64,000 bases of DNA from Staphylococcus phage vB_SauM-UFV_DC4, in the sequence record MZ779063.1; one strand, given 5' to 3'. Below the pieces are notes generated by a model. The model was not told the DNA's origin and ran no database searches. It saw only the letters and a list, made by a program, of their open reading frames with translations. Of the stretch, positions 9,726-19,698 are shown in pieces. A program made the translations under genes and the position numbers. Numbering within the stretch: the stretch's first letter is position 1; the number at the start of each line of letters is the position of its first letter.

Positions 9726-11789
9726 ATGTTAAAAAAGACTACAGAAAATGAATTAGAAAAGTTATTCAATGTCACTATTTATAATGAAGAATTTTCTAAT
9801 TTAAAACCTATGTATAATAGAAAAGATACTGAAACTAGAACTAAATTAAATGACAATCAAAATTCTAGAGTGTATGAGAATTTAATAAATTTCATTAATT
9901 ATTCTAAAGCAGGAATGACACACATGTTTTTAACTCGTTCTAATAAATATAGAGATAAATATATTGATTTTCTAAGAAATAGACTTGGTAAGGAAGATTT
10001 ATTAGATGAGGTTGAATTTGAATATACAGATAGATATTTCAGATCTTTCATATATAATATAGATATAATTAGAAGAAGTGAATATCAAACACATCAATCT
10101 ATAGAAAATGACTCTAAATTAGAAGATTCATTCTTATTAAGAAATGGAAATACAAATATAGATAGCTTTAAAACGGATAATGGTTTATCTATAGAATTTT
10201 TAGATAAAGATGTAAAGAAAGATTTTTTAGATAAGAACAAACAAATTAGTTTAGAATCTTTGCTAGATATCGATACGATGGTGTCTAATTCATTAAGAAA
10301 GAAATGGTTAAAATCAATTGAAAAAGAAGAATTACCTGATATGAATATTATATTTAAAGAAGTTCCAGAAGTAGTAATTATACTAGCAAACAGTATATAT
10401 GAAAGATCAAATTTCAAATTATCATATGTAGATAGAAGTGTTATTAATATACACGCAGACGTTTCAGATGTTTTGGAATCAATACTAACTTTAATTTCTA
10501 ATTTTAATTATAAATTAATATTAGATTTAATAGATGAAGATTACTTAAGTAAAAATTTAAATCATTTCAAAGCTTCTGAATTTTCTTTATCTGACAATAA
10601 TGACATTGATAATATATTTAGTATAATCGGAATTATTAAAAAACAAACGGACGTTATTAATAAATTTATAGAAAAAAGCAAATCAGATAATCTAGAAGAC
10701 AATATTAATTTAATAATTAAAGAAAATGAAATAGATGATGACTTTGGAGAAATATTAAAAGTTTATATTGATAGTGTATTATCTAAATTTAGAGAATATA
10801 TTGAAGATGATACCAATATATTAAAAGATTCATCTAAGGTTTTAATAGGTGAAAATCTATTTGATTTCTTTATGAAATTAGATGATCTCGAAATTTTAAT
10901 GATTAGAAATATATACAGAGTTTTAGATAGTAATGTATATAATCCTGTAATCAGAGATGTTAAAGAATCACAAGAAAAAGTTATGAATGGAATAGTAGAT
11001 TATTTTAAAAATAATACTAAAAAATTATCTTTAGATTTATCTAATATCGATATAAGTAGATTGAAAGATAGTTCTTTCACATTATTAAACGATTTCATAA
11101 CAAATGGAGAAGTAAGTAATCTTCGTATGAAACCTAATGAAGCTAATATGGAGTATTTCTATAAATTAAGTGTGGATAAAGAATTAAACCGTGACATATT
11201 AAATAGTAATATACAATATATGAAACAGGAATTATTAAAAGGTTTTAATGATAATTCTAAAATGACTTCAAATGCTATTATTGAATTTGATAATTTTAAT
11301 ATTAATTTTGCTGTAATAGAAAATAATTCATATAATAATGAAATAGAAATAATGATGCAAGGAGTTACTTTTAAGAAAAAATTAACTGATGAGGATATTG
11401 CTACTATCTTTTTATATTCACATAAAGAAGTTAGTATATATCAAGACAAAAAATTAGTTATCATGGATAGAAATTATTTCTCTAGAAGAGGTATAAATAA
11501 ATTTATAAATAATATGAATAATGTCTTCACTGATTTAGATGGAGAAAGTTTATCTAAATATATGTCTTTAATTTATAATTTATTATCTTTATCAGATAAT
11601 TCTTTTGAGGAAGATAAAGCAATTTATAATACTCTATATTACAATAAATTTGAATATATTAATAAAGAAAATGAGTTAAAAGTTGATAGTTATATTAATA
11701 TGATTAATAATAAAGATGTAACAGATGATTTTAAAAAGAAATTTAAAAAGGTAAGATCTAAGTATTTAGTTTCTAGAATATTTATTTAA
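9726..11789 (+). CDS. hypothetical protein (687 aa)
   Basis: long ORF with AGGAG RBS; no motif recognised. Confidence 0.5.
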   Translation: MLKKTTENELEKLFNVTIYNEEFSNLKPMYNRKDTETRTKLNDNQNSRVYENLINFINYSKAGMTHMFLTRSNKYRDKYIDFLRNRLGKEDLLDEVEFEYTDRYFRSFIYNIDIIRRSEYQTHQSIENDSKLEDSFLLRNGNTNIDSFKTDNGLSIEFLDKDVKKDFLDKNKQISLESLLDIDTMVSNSLRKKWLKSIEKEELPDMNIIFKEVPEVVIILANSIYERSNFKLSYVDRSVINIHADVSDVLESILTLISNFNYKLILDLIDEDYLSKNLNHFKASEFSLSDNNDIDNIFSIIGIIKKQTDVINKFIEKSKSDNLEDNINLIIKENEIDDDFGEILKVYIDSVLSKFREYIEDDTNILKDSSKVLIGENLFDFFMKLDDLEILMIRNIYRVLDSNVYNPVIRDVKESQEKVMNGIVDYFKNNTKKLSLDLSNIDISRLKDSSFTLLNDFITNGEVSNLRMKPNEANMEYFYKLSVDKELNRDILNSNIQYMKQELLKGFNDNSKMTSNAIIEFDNFNINFAVIENNSYNNEIEIMMQGVTFKKKLTDEDIATIFLYSHKEVSIYQDKKLVIMDRNYFSRRGINKFINNMNNVFTDLDGESLSKYMSLIYNLLSLSDNSFEEDKAIYNTLYYNKFEYINKENELKVDSYINMINNKDVTDDFKKKFKKVRSKYLVSRIFI

Positions 11790-11836
11790 ATATATATTAT
11801 ATAATTGAGTTGGTAATTGAACTTATCAACTCAATT
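11788..11836 (+). promoter_or_regulatory. promoter-like box AAATATATATTATATAA followed by hairpin AATTGAGTTG...CAACTCAATT
   Basis: motif plus immediately following perfect inverted repeat; may double as terminator of the upstream gene. Confidence 0.45.
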
Positions 11837-11861
11837 TAATTTTTAATTAATAGGAGATGAA

Positions 11862-13049
11862 ATGGATATGAGTAAAGCAATAAAAGATTTATTTATCAAT
11901 TACAATATATCTTATATTGAAGTTAATGAAGATCATGAACTTAATGAAATTGATAAAGAAGAATTATTAAAAATATTAGATTTTGATATTAAATTTGAAA
12001 AGGAAGAAATTTTAATAAGTGATAATATTAAAATAAATAATTTTAACGGTAATAAGTTAATAAATTTTGTATTTAATTATTACTATACAGATAATGAATC
12101 ACTAAAAGTATTTTTAAAAGATGTTATTAAAGATATTATTTTATATGGGTATAAAGAAGATAGAAAAATAAGTTTAAATATTTCTCAATTACCTTTAGTA
12201 TTTTATATAAATAAATTCTGTAAAGATAATGGTATTAAAAATATTAAATTCCACTATACTTTTAAAAATTCATATGGAAATTTTTCATTTGGTTTATTAA
12301 AAGAAGAACATCTAGATGAATTTATTGATGATATAGAAGAAATAAGAAATAATAAGTTCTTCAATTTAAATAGTGGATTATTAGATAATGACTTAATAAT
12401 TAATGGAAATGAAAAGAAATTTATGAAGCTAATATCAAGTTTAATAGATTTAGATATGTCACATAAGGGTAATATATTTAAATTAAAAATGATAAATTAT
12501 TTTTATAAATTATTTAATAGTTATATTAATAGTGAAGAAGATTTAGAATATGCAGATGAATTAATGAAGTTTAAAATAGATAGTCTTAAATATGGTGAAT
12601 TTAATAAATATTATCTATATGAAAGATTTATAATCGGTATAGATAATTTATATGAACAAGAATTCTTAGGATATAATACAAGAATGAATTATAATTATTT
12701 TATTGATAAAATACAAAAAATTGAAGATGAAGATGAAGTTAAATATATTTCAAAAATTGTTTTCTTTACATTAATAGATGATATTTATAAGGAAGCATCA
12801 TTCTTTTTATCTTTTAGAACAGTCAATAAATATACTGATATTGCAGTTAAAGAAATATTGAAATTGATTGAAGACAATCTTACAGAAAATCAGAAGAAAC
12901 AATTTGTCAGAGAATATATGAGTATGAAAGATAGTTCATTTTATGCTTCAAATGAAAAATATAATCAAACATCTACACTTGTTAAAATGTCTAAAGGGAA
13001 ATTGAAAAAATTAATTATGAATGAAACAGTTAAAAAGACATTTATTTAA
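11862..13049 (+). CDS. hypothetical protein (395 aa)
   Basis: ORF with AGGAG RBS. Confidence 0.5.
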   Translation: MDMSKAIKDLFINYNISYIEVNEDHELNEIDKEELLKILDFDIKFEKEEILISDNIKINNFNGNKLINFVFNYYYTDNESLKVFLKDVIKDIILYGYKEDRKISLNISQLPLVFYINKFCKDNGIKNIKFHYTFKNSYGNFSFGLLKEEHLDEFIDDIEEIRNNKFFNLNSGLLDNDLIINGNEKKFMKLISSLIDLDMSHKGNIFKLKMINYFYKLFNSYINSEEDLEYADELMKFKIDSLKYGEFNKYYLYERFIIGIDNLYEQEFLGYNTRMNYNYFIDKIQKIEDEDEVKYISKIVFFTLIDDIYKEASFFLSFRTVNKYTDIAVKEILKLIEDNLTENQKKQFVREYMSMKDSSFYASNEKYNQTSTLVKMSKGKLKKLIMNETVKKTFI

Positions 13050-13063
13050 AGGAGAATCAGCTT

Positions 13064-13777
13064 ATGTTAGTTAAAAAAGAAAAATTAAAGAATAGAAATG
13101 ATATCAGAATAGATCATATTATAAGTATTAATTTAGATGATCCTTCTGCACTTAATATGGTTTCATTCCAATTATTAATAGAAAGTAATATTCTGAGTTG
13201 TTATATTAATAACAACTTAGATACTACTTTATTTACTAAAAAAGAATTAGATAAATATAATAGATTTATAGATTTTGCTATTGATAATTTTGAATCAAAT
13301 GGTTTATTTATAAATAAAAAACCAGATGAATTTCTAACTGGTTTAATAAGAAAAGCTTCTATTTCTAGATTATTTAAAATGATCGATCCAATTGATAAAA
13401 CTATCAGCAATGAAAATTTATTTATTACCAGATTAAAAAATATTAGACATAATATAAATGAAACTGATAGTAAAGATTTAGCTTACTTCTTATATACTAA
13501 CTTTAGAGAAGATGTTCCGTTAGATAGATTAAAAGGTTTAATGTCTAACCCACATTTAACATCATTATCTGAGTATTTAATGAATGGTAATTTAATAATG
13601 GAGATTGATGAGCAATTGTTAAATAAATGGATTATGTTTATTGATTATGAAATAGATGGCCTTAAAGGATCTATTTATCATAGATTAAGACATAGTTTAG
13701 TTAATGTAATCAATAAGTATAATAATATACAAGAAGCTAAAGGTTATTTAGGGTATGAAAGATTAGAATTAGAATAA
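13064..13777 (+). CDS. hypothetical protein (237 aa)
   Basis: ORF with AGGAG RBS. Confidence 0.5.
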   Translation: MLVKKEKLKNRNDIRIDHIISINLDDPSALNMVSFQLLIESNILSCYINNNLDTTLFTKKELDKYNRFIDFAIDNFESNGLFINKKPDEFLTGLIRKASISRLFKMIDPIDKTISNENLFITRLKNIRHNINETDSKDLAYFLYTNFREDVPLDRLKGLMSNPHLTSLSEYLMNGNLIMEIDEQLLNKWIMFIDYEIDGLKGSIYHRLRHSLVNVINKYNNIQEAKGYLGYERLELE

Positions 13778-13810
13778 ACTTAAAAAGTTTAGTGAGAAGG
13801 GAAATTTTGA

Positions 13811-14470
13811 ATGAAAAAATTTAGAGATGAATTAATAAATCACTATACAAATTTATTGAGATTCAATGATGATTCTTTTTATTATAGATTAAAAATTAAT
13901 TATTTGAATTTCGATTTCTCTAAAGATGTAAATTTAAGAAAAAATAATGTGTTTAAATTAAATTATAAAATCAGCTTTTTCCTATATTTTAAAATTTTAA
14001 TAAAAGATTTTATTTCAAATAATTTAGATGAAAATGGTGTATCATTATTATTTTCAGATAGTGTTAATAATAATAATTTTATTTCTACATTATTTGTTAA
14101 AAATAATTCTGATATTGAATTGAAACTAGATTTGGGTGTTTATTATGAACTAGATGAAACTAAAATAGTTCTAATAGATTTAAATGAAGAGTTTAATATA
14201 GAATATTCAGATGATAGTATTATAATTCATACAGATGAAGATAATTTTGAAAATGTAGTTTATTCTATTCTAAACAAAATCAAATTCATCTTAGAAGGAA
14301 ATATATATGCATTTAGCATATCTTTATTTGGCAATGGAAAAATAGGAGATAGTAATATATTTTATTTAGAAGAGATTGAAAATATATTTAACTCTAGAAA
14401 AAATAGTATAATTGAAGAACTTTCTGAAAGTGAAGTTAAAAAATATAAAATCAAAGAAGGGTTTAAATAG
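13811..14470 (+). CDS. C-tail family protein (tail SEVKKYKIKEGFK)
   Basis: ends with the conserved tail; GGGAAAT RBS. Confidence 0.55.
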   Translation: MKKFRDELINHYTNLLRFNDDSFYYRLKINYLNFDFSKDVNLRKNNVFKLNYKISFFLYFKILIKDFISNNLDENGVSLLFSDSVNNNNFISTLFVKNNSDIELKLDLGVYYELDETKIVLIDLNEEFNIEYSDDSIIIHTDEDNFENVVYSILNKIKFILEGNIYAFSISLFGNGKIGDSNIFYLEEIENIFNSRKNSIIEELSESEVKKYKIKEGFK

Positions 14471-14472
14471 TA

Positions 14473-15084
14473 ATGGGTGATATTAAATTTAATGAAGAAT
14501 ATATGTCAGTTAAAATTTATAAGTTAATTAATTTGTTTGAGTTTCAACAAACAACTCGTAAAAGAGCATTTTCAAACCATAATTCTGAAAGTGATGAAAA
14601 TGAGCTTAATATGTATATAGGTAAAAATGACAATAAAAATATGATTGACATTTTTACTAATTCTTTCTTTTTATACAATCAATTTAAAGATGTTTGCAGT
14701 TTAGTATTTAACAATGGTAATACTATTATTGCAGAAATTGAGATATTAAATAAAAATAAATTGTCAATTGAAATTAATTCAGAAATCTTAATTGTTGATA
14801 GTGAAATTAAAAATTTCATTATCAAAAATGATTTTAGTGTAGGAGATGGCTTCTTAGGCTTAATTATTGAAAATGATAAAGAAAAAATTCTTAAATTATT
14901 TTTAGAATCATTGTCTGATAGTTATTTTTGGATAAACAAGAAAAGAAGTTTAAATATATCTGATTCTAAAAAAATTAAATTTAAAAAATATTTAGAAGAT
15001 TTATATAAAATGAAAGATTTTTATAGTAAAGAAATCACTGAAAAAGAATATAAAGAAAATATAGTAAAAGATAATTTCAAATAA
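14473..15084 (+). CDS. C-tail family protein (tail KEYKENIVKDNFK)
   Basis: tandem paralog of 15176-15817. Confidence 0.55.
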   Translation: MGDIKFNEEYMSVKIYKLINLFEFQQTTRKRAFSNHNSESDENELNMYIGKNDNKNMIDIFTNSFFLYNQFKDVCSLVFNNGNTIIAEIEILNKNKLSIEINSEILIVDSEIKNFIIKNDFSVGDGFLGLIIENDKEKILKLFLESLSDSYFWINKKRSLNISDSKKIKFKKYLEDLYKMKDFYSKEITEKEYKENIVKDNFK

Positions 15085-15175
15085 TATAATCCCAATACTT
15101 ATTAATGTAATTAACAAATTTAAAAGATTAAAGATTATTTAGTTTACGAAAGATTAGAACTGGAGTGATATTTTA

Positions 15176-15817
15176 ATGGAAGAGATTTATCTTGATAAAA
15201 GATTTGATAGTGAATATTTTAAAATAAAAACTAGAGATATGATAAACTCTGTAAGATTTACTAAAGAACCAAACTTTGATTTAATTATAAATAACCGTAA
15301 AGAAGAAAAAATTTTATATACTAAAAATGACAGTATTAGAAATTTATTTATTGAATCTTTTATCTTGTATTTAAATAATATTACAGACGTTTATACATTT
15401 AGTATATCAATCAGTAATATTAAGTTAATTTTTAGTTTAAGATACAATCATACGAATAAAGATACCAAATTTTTAATTTATATAATAGAAAATGATAAAT
15501 TTAATTATGAAAAAGATGTATCTGAATTAGAAAAAATATTAAATGACATATCTTCTTTAGTAAATAAAGAATACTATATATCTAAAGGTAGTTTTATAAT
15601 AGACTATTTAGATATAGAAAAAATTGATAAGATATTGTATTACATTAATAAATTAGATGATCTTCGTATAATGTTAGATGATTCAGAAAAAGAAGGAAAA
15701 TCGTATTTAAGTTACAACTCTTTTCTTAAAGAACTTTATTTAAAAAGAAACCTATATTCTAAAAGTATTACTAAAAAGGAATATACTGATAATTTAGTTA
15801 AAGAAAATTTTAAATAA
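15176..15817 (+). CDS. C-tail family protein (tail KEYTDNLVKENFK)
   Basis: paralog of the previous gene, including the downstream TAATATAATCCCAATAC sequence. Confidence 0.55.
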   Translation: MEEIYLDKRFDSEYFKIKTRDMINSVRFTKEPNFDLIINNRKEEKILYTKNDSIRNLFIESFILYLNNITDVYTFSISISNIKLIFSLRYNHTNKDTKFLIYIIENDKFNYEKDVSELEKILNDISSLVNKEYYISKGSFIIDYLDIEKIDKILYYINKLDDLRIMLDDSEKEGKSYLSYNSFLKELYLKRNLYSKSITKKEYTDNLVKENFK

Positions 15818-15821
15818 TATA

Positions 15822-15855
15822 ATCCCAATACCTATTACATCAATAGGTATTGGGA
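15822..15855. terminator. conserved hairpin ATCCCAATACCTATT-loop-AATAGGTATTGGGAT (copy 1), bidirectional terminator
   Basis: perfect 15-bp stem between convergent genes; same stem recurs at 29008 and 61164. Confidence 0.55.
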
Positions 15856-15872
15856 TAAATTTAAATTATTTT

Positions 15873-16169
15873 TTATTTCATGCTGTCTAATTCAGCTAAT
15901 TTTAATTTAGCTTTAGTTGCATATTTTTGACGAATTATGTCACGCCATTTTTTACGAGCACGAGCAGCTTTTTGATATTTAAAATAGATTGGATCTTGAG
16001 CTTCTTTAGCTGCAACTAATGCTAATTGGTTTAATCTACGTTTACGTTTAGTACGTTCATCTAAACGCATGATATTTTGTTCACGTAAAAGAGCTTCATC
16101 AGTTGCTTGCATAATTTGCTCTTCTAGTGGAGTAATGTTATTTTTCATAATGGAAGATCTTCCTTTCAA
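15873..16169 (-). CDS. small basic (K/R-rich) protein, lone minus-strand gene
   Basis: 98 aa; GGAAG RBS; basic stretch KRKRRLNQ...ARARKKWRDIIRQKYATKAK. Confidence 0.5.
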   Translation of the reverse strand: MKGRSSIMKNNITPLEEQIMQATDEALLREQNIMRLDERTKRKRRLNQLALVAAKEAQDPIYFKYQKAARARKKWRDIIRQKYATKAKLKLAELDSMK

Positions 16170-16295
16170 TTATTTTTATTATTCATTATAATGATTATAA
16201 GAAATATGTTTTATTTAAGAAATATGAAAAAATTATTGAACCATAATAACTTATCTTATATAAGTATGAATCTATAAGGAGATGAGAATTTATTT

Positions 16296-18230
16296 ATGTC
16301 TAATCAAGATAATAAATATGAACGTAAAAGAGCTATAACAGGATATTTAGAAAATTTAATCAAATTAATTAAAATAAGAAAACCTGATATTGATAATGAA
16401 AAGTTAATTAATACTTGTAGAGAGTATATTAAAAAACATGTAGATCCAGCTTTAATAGAAATATCTGGACAAAAAATGAATGTGGATACAACTTTAAGAC
16501 AAATTATAGATAATAATTTAATTGTAACTGGTTCTGGTTCTATTTATCAGCCTCAATCACAAAGAAAAAATTTAAATGCAGACATGTTAAAAGACTTTAT
16601 AGATTCTCGTAAAGTAGCTAAACATAATATGTTTATATATAAAGGTAAAGATGATGTTTTACATGATAAATATATGAACGAACAAAAAACAATTAAGATC
16701 TTGGCTAACAGTTATTACGGTGCTATGATTCAAAAGAATAGTACATTCTATGATGCTAATTCAGGTCCAGCAACTACATATAGTGGTGTTGATATTGTAA
16801 CTACTTCAGCAATAGCTTTAGAAAGATTTATAGGTGGAAAAATATTCTTTATGAAAATTGATGAAATATATCATTATATATTAAGAATAATCAATGAAGA
16901 ATATAAAGATCATGATATTAAAATAAAAACAATTCCAACTGATATGGAAATTTTAGAAGGTTTAGTTTCTAATGTTGAAGAATCTTTTAGCGAAGAAGAA
17001 TATCTTAAATTAGAAGAAGTATTTAGTAAATTAAGTCAAGAAGATAAAAATAAGGTATATTTCAAAAATAACTTATTTGGTTTAATTGATCATACTGATA
17101 TATTTGAGAATAAAATTAGTAAAATGACTGGTAGAGAAGATTTCTTAGATCCGAACGAACCACCTGAAGATATGATTCCATTATTAGATGAATTATTTGA
17201 AATATTAAAAGATTGGGTTATATACAACTATCAAGATTATAATAGAATGTATAGAATGAATTACAAGAAACGTAGAAGTGTTCTCACAATTGACACAGAT
17301 TCAAATTTCGTTCACTTAGATCCATTATACGAAAAAATGAAATCATTAAAACCTGAAGATTTTCCTTTAGCAGAAAATGGTTTAGAAGATAAATTAGAAG
17401 AACGTGTAGGTAATATATCTATTATTAACTATCAAATAACTAAATTATTAGAATTATCTTACTATGGATTCTGTAAAGATGTAGGATTAGAAGAAGAACA
17501 TTTAGGTTTAATATCAATGAAAAATGAATTTTTACTTGATAAACAATTAACAACAGATAAAAAGAAAACTTATGCATCATCAGTAATTCAACAAGAAGGT
17601 AATTTAATTCAACCTCCAGATTTAGATGTTAAAGGTATGGCTATTAGAAAAGTTAACACTAATAAACGTATTAGAGAATTATTTACTGAAATATTACAAA
17701 AAGATATTTTAGAAAATAAAACTGGTGTAGATCGTATTAAGATAATACGTAAATTTAAAGATATTGAAGAAATGATTAAGAAATCATTAGATAATGGAGA
17801 AATTGAATTCTTAAAACCGTTTAAAGCTAATAATGCTGAAGTTTATAAAGATCCTTATTCTCAAATGGCTTATAGAGCTGCTTTAGCATGGAATATAATG
17901 TTCCCAGAAAAGGAAATAGCACTACCTGCTAAGATATTAGCAGTTAAATTAAATATTAGTACATTTGGAGATATTAAGAATAAGATAACTGATGAAAATA
18001 CTTTAAATAGATTTAGAGAAGTATTTAAGAATGAAAGTTTAGTTAAAAATGGTTTAAATGTAATTGCAGTTGAAGGTAATACAATTCCTGAAGAGTTTAG
18101 ACCTTTTATTGACTATGATAGTATGATTGAAGATCATATTAAACCAGGTAAAGATATTATTGAATCTATAGGAGTTAGAGTATTGGAATCTTCAAATAGC
18201 TCATTTGTATCTAATATGATTAAATTCTAA
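16296..18230 (+). CDS. family-B DNA polymerase, C-terminal part (palm/thumb)
   Basis: motif B KILANSYYG (nt 16695-16721); motif C TIDTDSNF (nt 17288-17302); lacks the exonuclease motifs and motif A. Confidence 0.7.
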   Translation: MSNQDNKYERKRAITGYLENLIKLIKIRKPDIDNEKLINTCREYIKKHVDPALIEISGQKMNVDTTLRQIIDNNLIVTGSGSIYQPQSQRKNLNADMLKDFIDSRKVAKHNMFIYKGKDDVLHDKYMNEQKTIKILANSYYGAMIQKNSTFYDANSGPATTYSGVDIVTTSAIALERFIGGKIFFMKIDEIYHYILRIINEEYKDHDIKIKTIPTDMEILEGLVSNVEESFSEEEYLKLEEVFSKLSQEDKNKVYFKNNLFGLIDHTDIFENKISKMTGREDFLDPNEPPEDMIPLLDELFEILKDWVIYNYQDYNRMYRMNYKKRRSVLTIDTDSNFVHLDPLYEKMKSLKPEDFPLAENGLEDKLEERVGNISIINYQITKLLELSYYGFCKDVGLEEEHLGLISMKNEFLLDKQLTTDKKKTYASSVIQQEGNLIQPPDLDVKGMAIRKVNTNKRIRELFTEILQKDILENKTGVDRIKIIRKFKDIEEMIKKSLDNGEIEFLKPFKANNAEVYKDPYSQMAYRAALAWNIMFPEKEIALPAKILAVKLNISTFGDIKNKITDENTLNRFREVFKNESLVKNGLNVIAVEGNTIPEEFRPFIDYDSMIEDHIKPGKDIIESIGVRVLESSNSSFVSNMIKF

Positions 18231-18234
18231 ATAA

Positions 18235-18831
18235 TTGAATGAGGTATTTATTATGGAAAAATACTATAAATTTAATTTATTTGAGTGCATACTAAAAAAT
18301 ATTGGTATGCACTCAGATGAATATGAAAATTTGATAAGTAATATAAATAAAAATTTTACATCTTTATATTTTTATGACTATGAGATTAATAATAGTGATA
18401 TAGATAAATTGATATATGATAACATTCAAAAACAATTAATTGATGATAGTTATTTTTTATTTGAAATCAATAATAAAGAAGAAAGACTATTAGTTGATTT
18501 TGAAAATAACCTTTTATATGATAAATATAATGAGAAAATAGGAATGGTTTCTTTAAATAGAATTACTTCTTCTAGAGTAAATTTATTTTCAGATTTTGAG
18601 AATAAATATAGAGATTTAATATTTATGGAAAAAGAAGATATAAAATATGAAAATTTAATTGATATGGGATTTAATATTGTTACTACTTTTGAAATTTCTA
18701 CTGTATGTAAAAATAAAATAAATAATTTTAGTTACTTTGGTTTTGATATTAAAGATAATAAAAATAAGCTATTAATTGAATGTGATGAAAAAGAATTCAA
18801 AATTAATAAAGTTAAGAATAATTTTATATAA
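18235..18831 (+). CDS. hypothetical protein (weak C-tail ...KVKNNFI)
   Basis: 198-aa ORF. Confidence 0.45.
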   Translation: MNEVFIMEKYYKFNLFECILKNIGMHSDEYENLISNINKNFTSLYFYDYEINNSDIDKLIYDNIQKQLIDDSYFLFEINNKEERLLVDFENNLLYDKYNEKIGMVSLNRITSSRVNLFSDFENKYRDLIFMEKEDIKYENLIDMGFNIVTTFEISTVCKNKINNFSYFGFDIKDNKNKLLIECDEKEFKINKVKNNFI

Positions 18832-18889
18832 TTAGAAAAGTTAAAAGATAAATTTATTAATGATTATGAATAAGGAGACTTTGAATTTT

Positions 18890-19609
18890 ATGTATAAAGA
18901 AAATGAAATGAATACAGGTCATATAGTTGCTGATTGTGATGAAGTTTTAGTAAATATTTCCCCTAAGATAGTTCAATTAATGCATGAAGATTTTGATTAT
19001 TACAGTCAATTCTTTAGACTATCTCCAGAGTATAATTACGGTACTCATTACAATACAGTTCTTAATCGTCCTGAATATTATATTGACCAATGGTTAGTAA
19101 GAAAAGATGTTTATGAAAGATTCTCTGAAGATGAAGTTAATGAAGCTAGAAATAGATTACAAGATGAAATTATATTTAAAAAAGATTTATACGATACGTT
19201 AGAACCAACAAATTTAGCTAGAAGTTTATCGTATACAATTAATACACCTTTAATGAATAAATTATCAATTGTAACTAAAACTTCTGATAATAACTTAAAA
19301 TCTAAAGAGAAATTTTTGAAAACTTTATTTAGAGGAAGTATGGAAAAGGTTGATATCTATTATCTTGAATCAGATGAGAAGAAATCAGATGTAATTAATA
19401 CATTAGGTTATGTTACTAGAATATATGAGGATGAAGTTAGTAATATTAAAGACATTATTATGAATTGTGATAATGTTATGCAAACTGGCATCGATATTCC
19501 TTCATTAGGATATAACCAAAAATTAGATGAAGCAACTATTATGAAAGCTAAAGAAAAAGAAATAGACTTAAATTATTTTAGTTATATGAGTAATAGTTTA
19601 GTTAATTAA
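18890..19609 (+). CDS. HAD-superfamily 5'(3')-deoxyribonucleotidase-like protein
   Basis: N-terminal HIVADCDEVLVN matches the HAD motif I DxDx(V/T) as in the NT5C-type nucleotidases; AAGGAG RBS 12 nt upstream of this ATG (the track ORF starts at 18860). Confidence 0.4.
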   Translation: MYKENEMNTGHIVADCDEVLVNISPKIVQLMHEDFDYYSQFFRLSPEYNYGTHYNTVLNRPEYYIDQWLVRKDVYERFSEDEVNEARNRLQDEIIFKKDLYDTLEPTNLARSLSYTINTPLMNKLSIVTKTSDNNLKSKEKFLKTLFRGSMEKVDIYYLESDEKKSDVINTLGYVTRIYEDEVSNIKDIIMNCDNVMQTGIDIPSLGYNQKLDEATIMKAKEKEIDLNYFSYMSNSLVN

Positions 19610-19617
19610 TAATTATC

Positions 19618-19670
19618 GCCATGTTAAGTTTATAGCTTAACATGGCTTTTATATATTTATTTTTTTTTTA
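19618..19670 (+). terminator. rho-independent terminator
   Basis: hairpin GCCATGTTAAG...CTTAACATGGC followed by a long T-run. Confidence 0.6.
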
Positions 19671-19698
19671 TAAAATAAGATTGGAAGTGAAATGTTAG

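Noticed and set aside
9420-10417. Minus-strand ORFs 9420-9653 and 10094-10417 inside plus-strand genes
   Set aside because: These are antisense of well-supported genes (VWA protein, 687-aa ORF). They have hydrophobic or low-complexity composition and no RBS.
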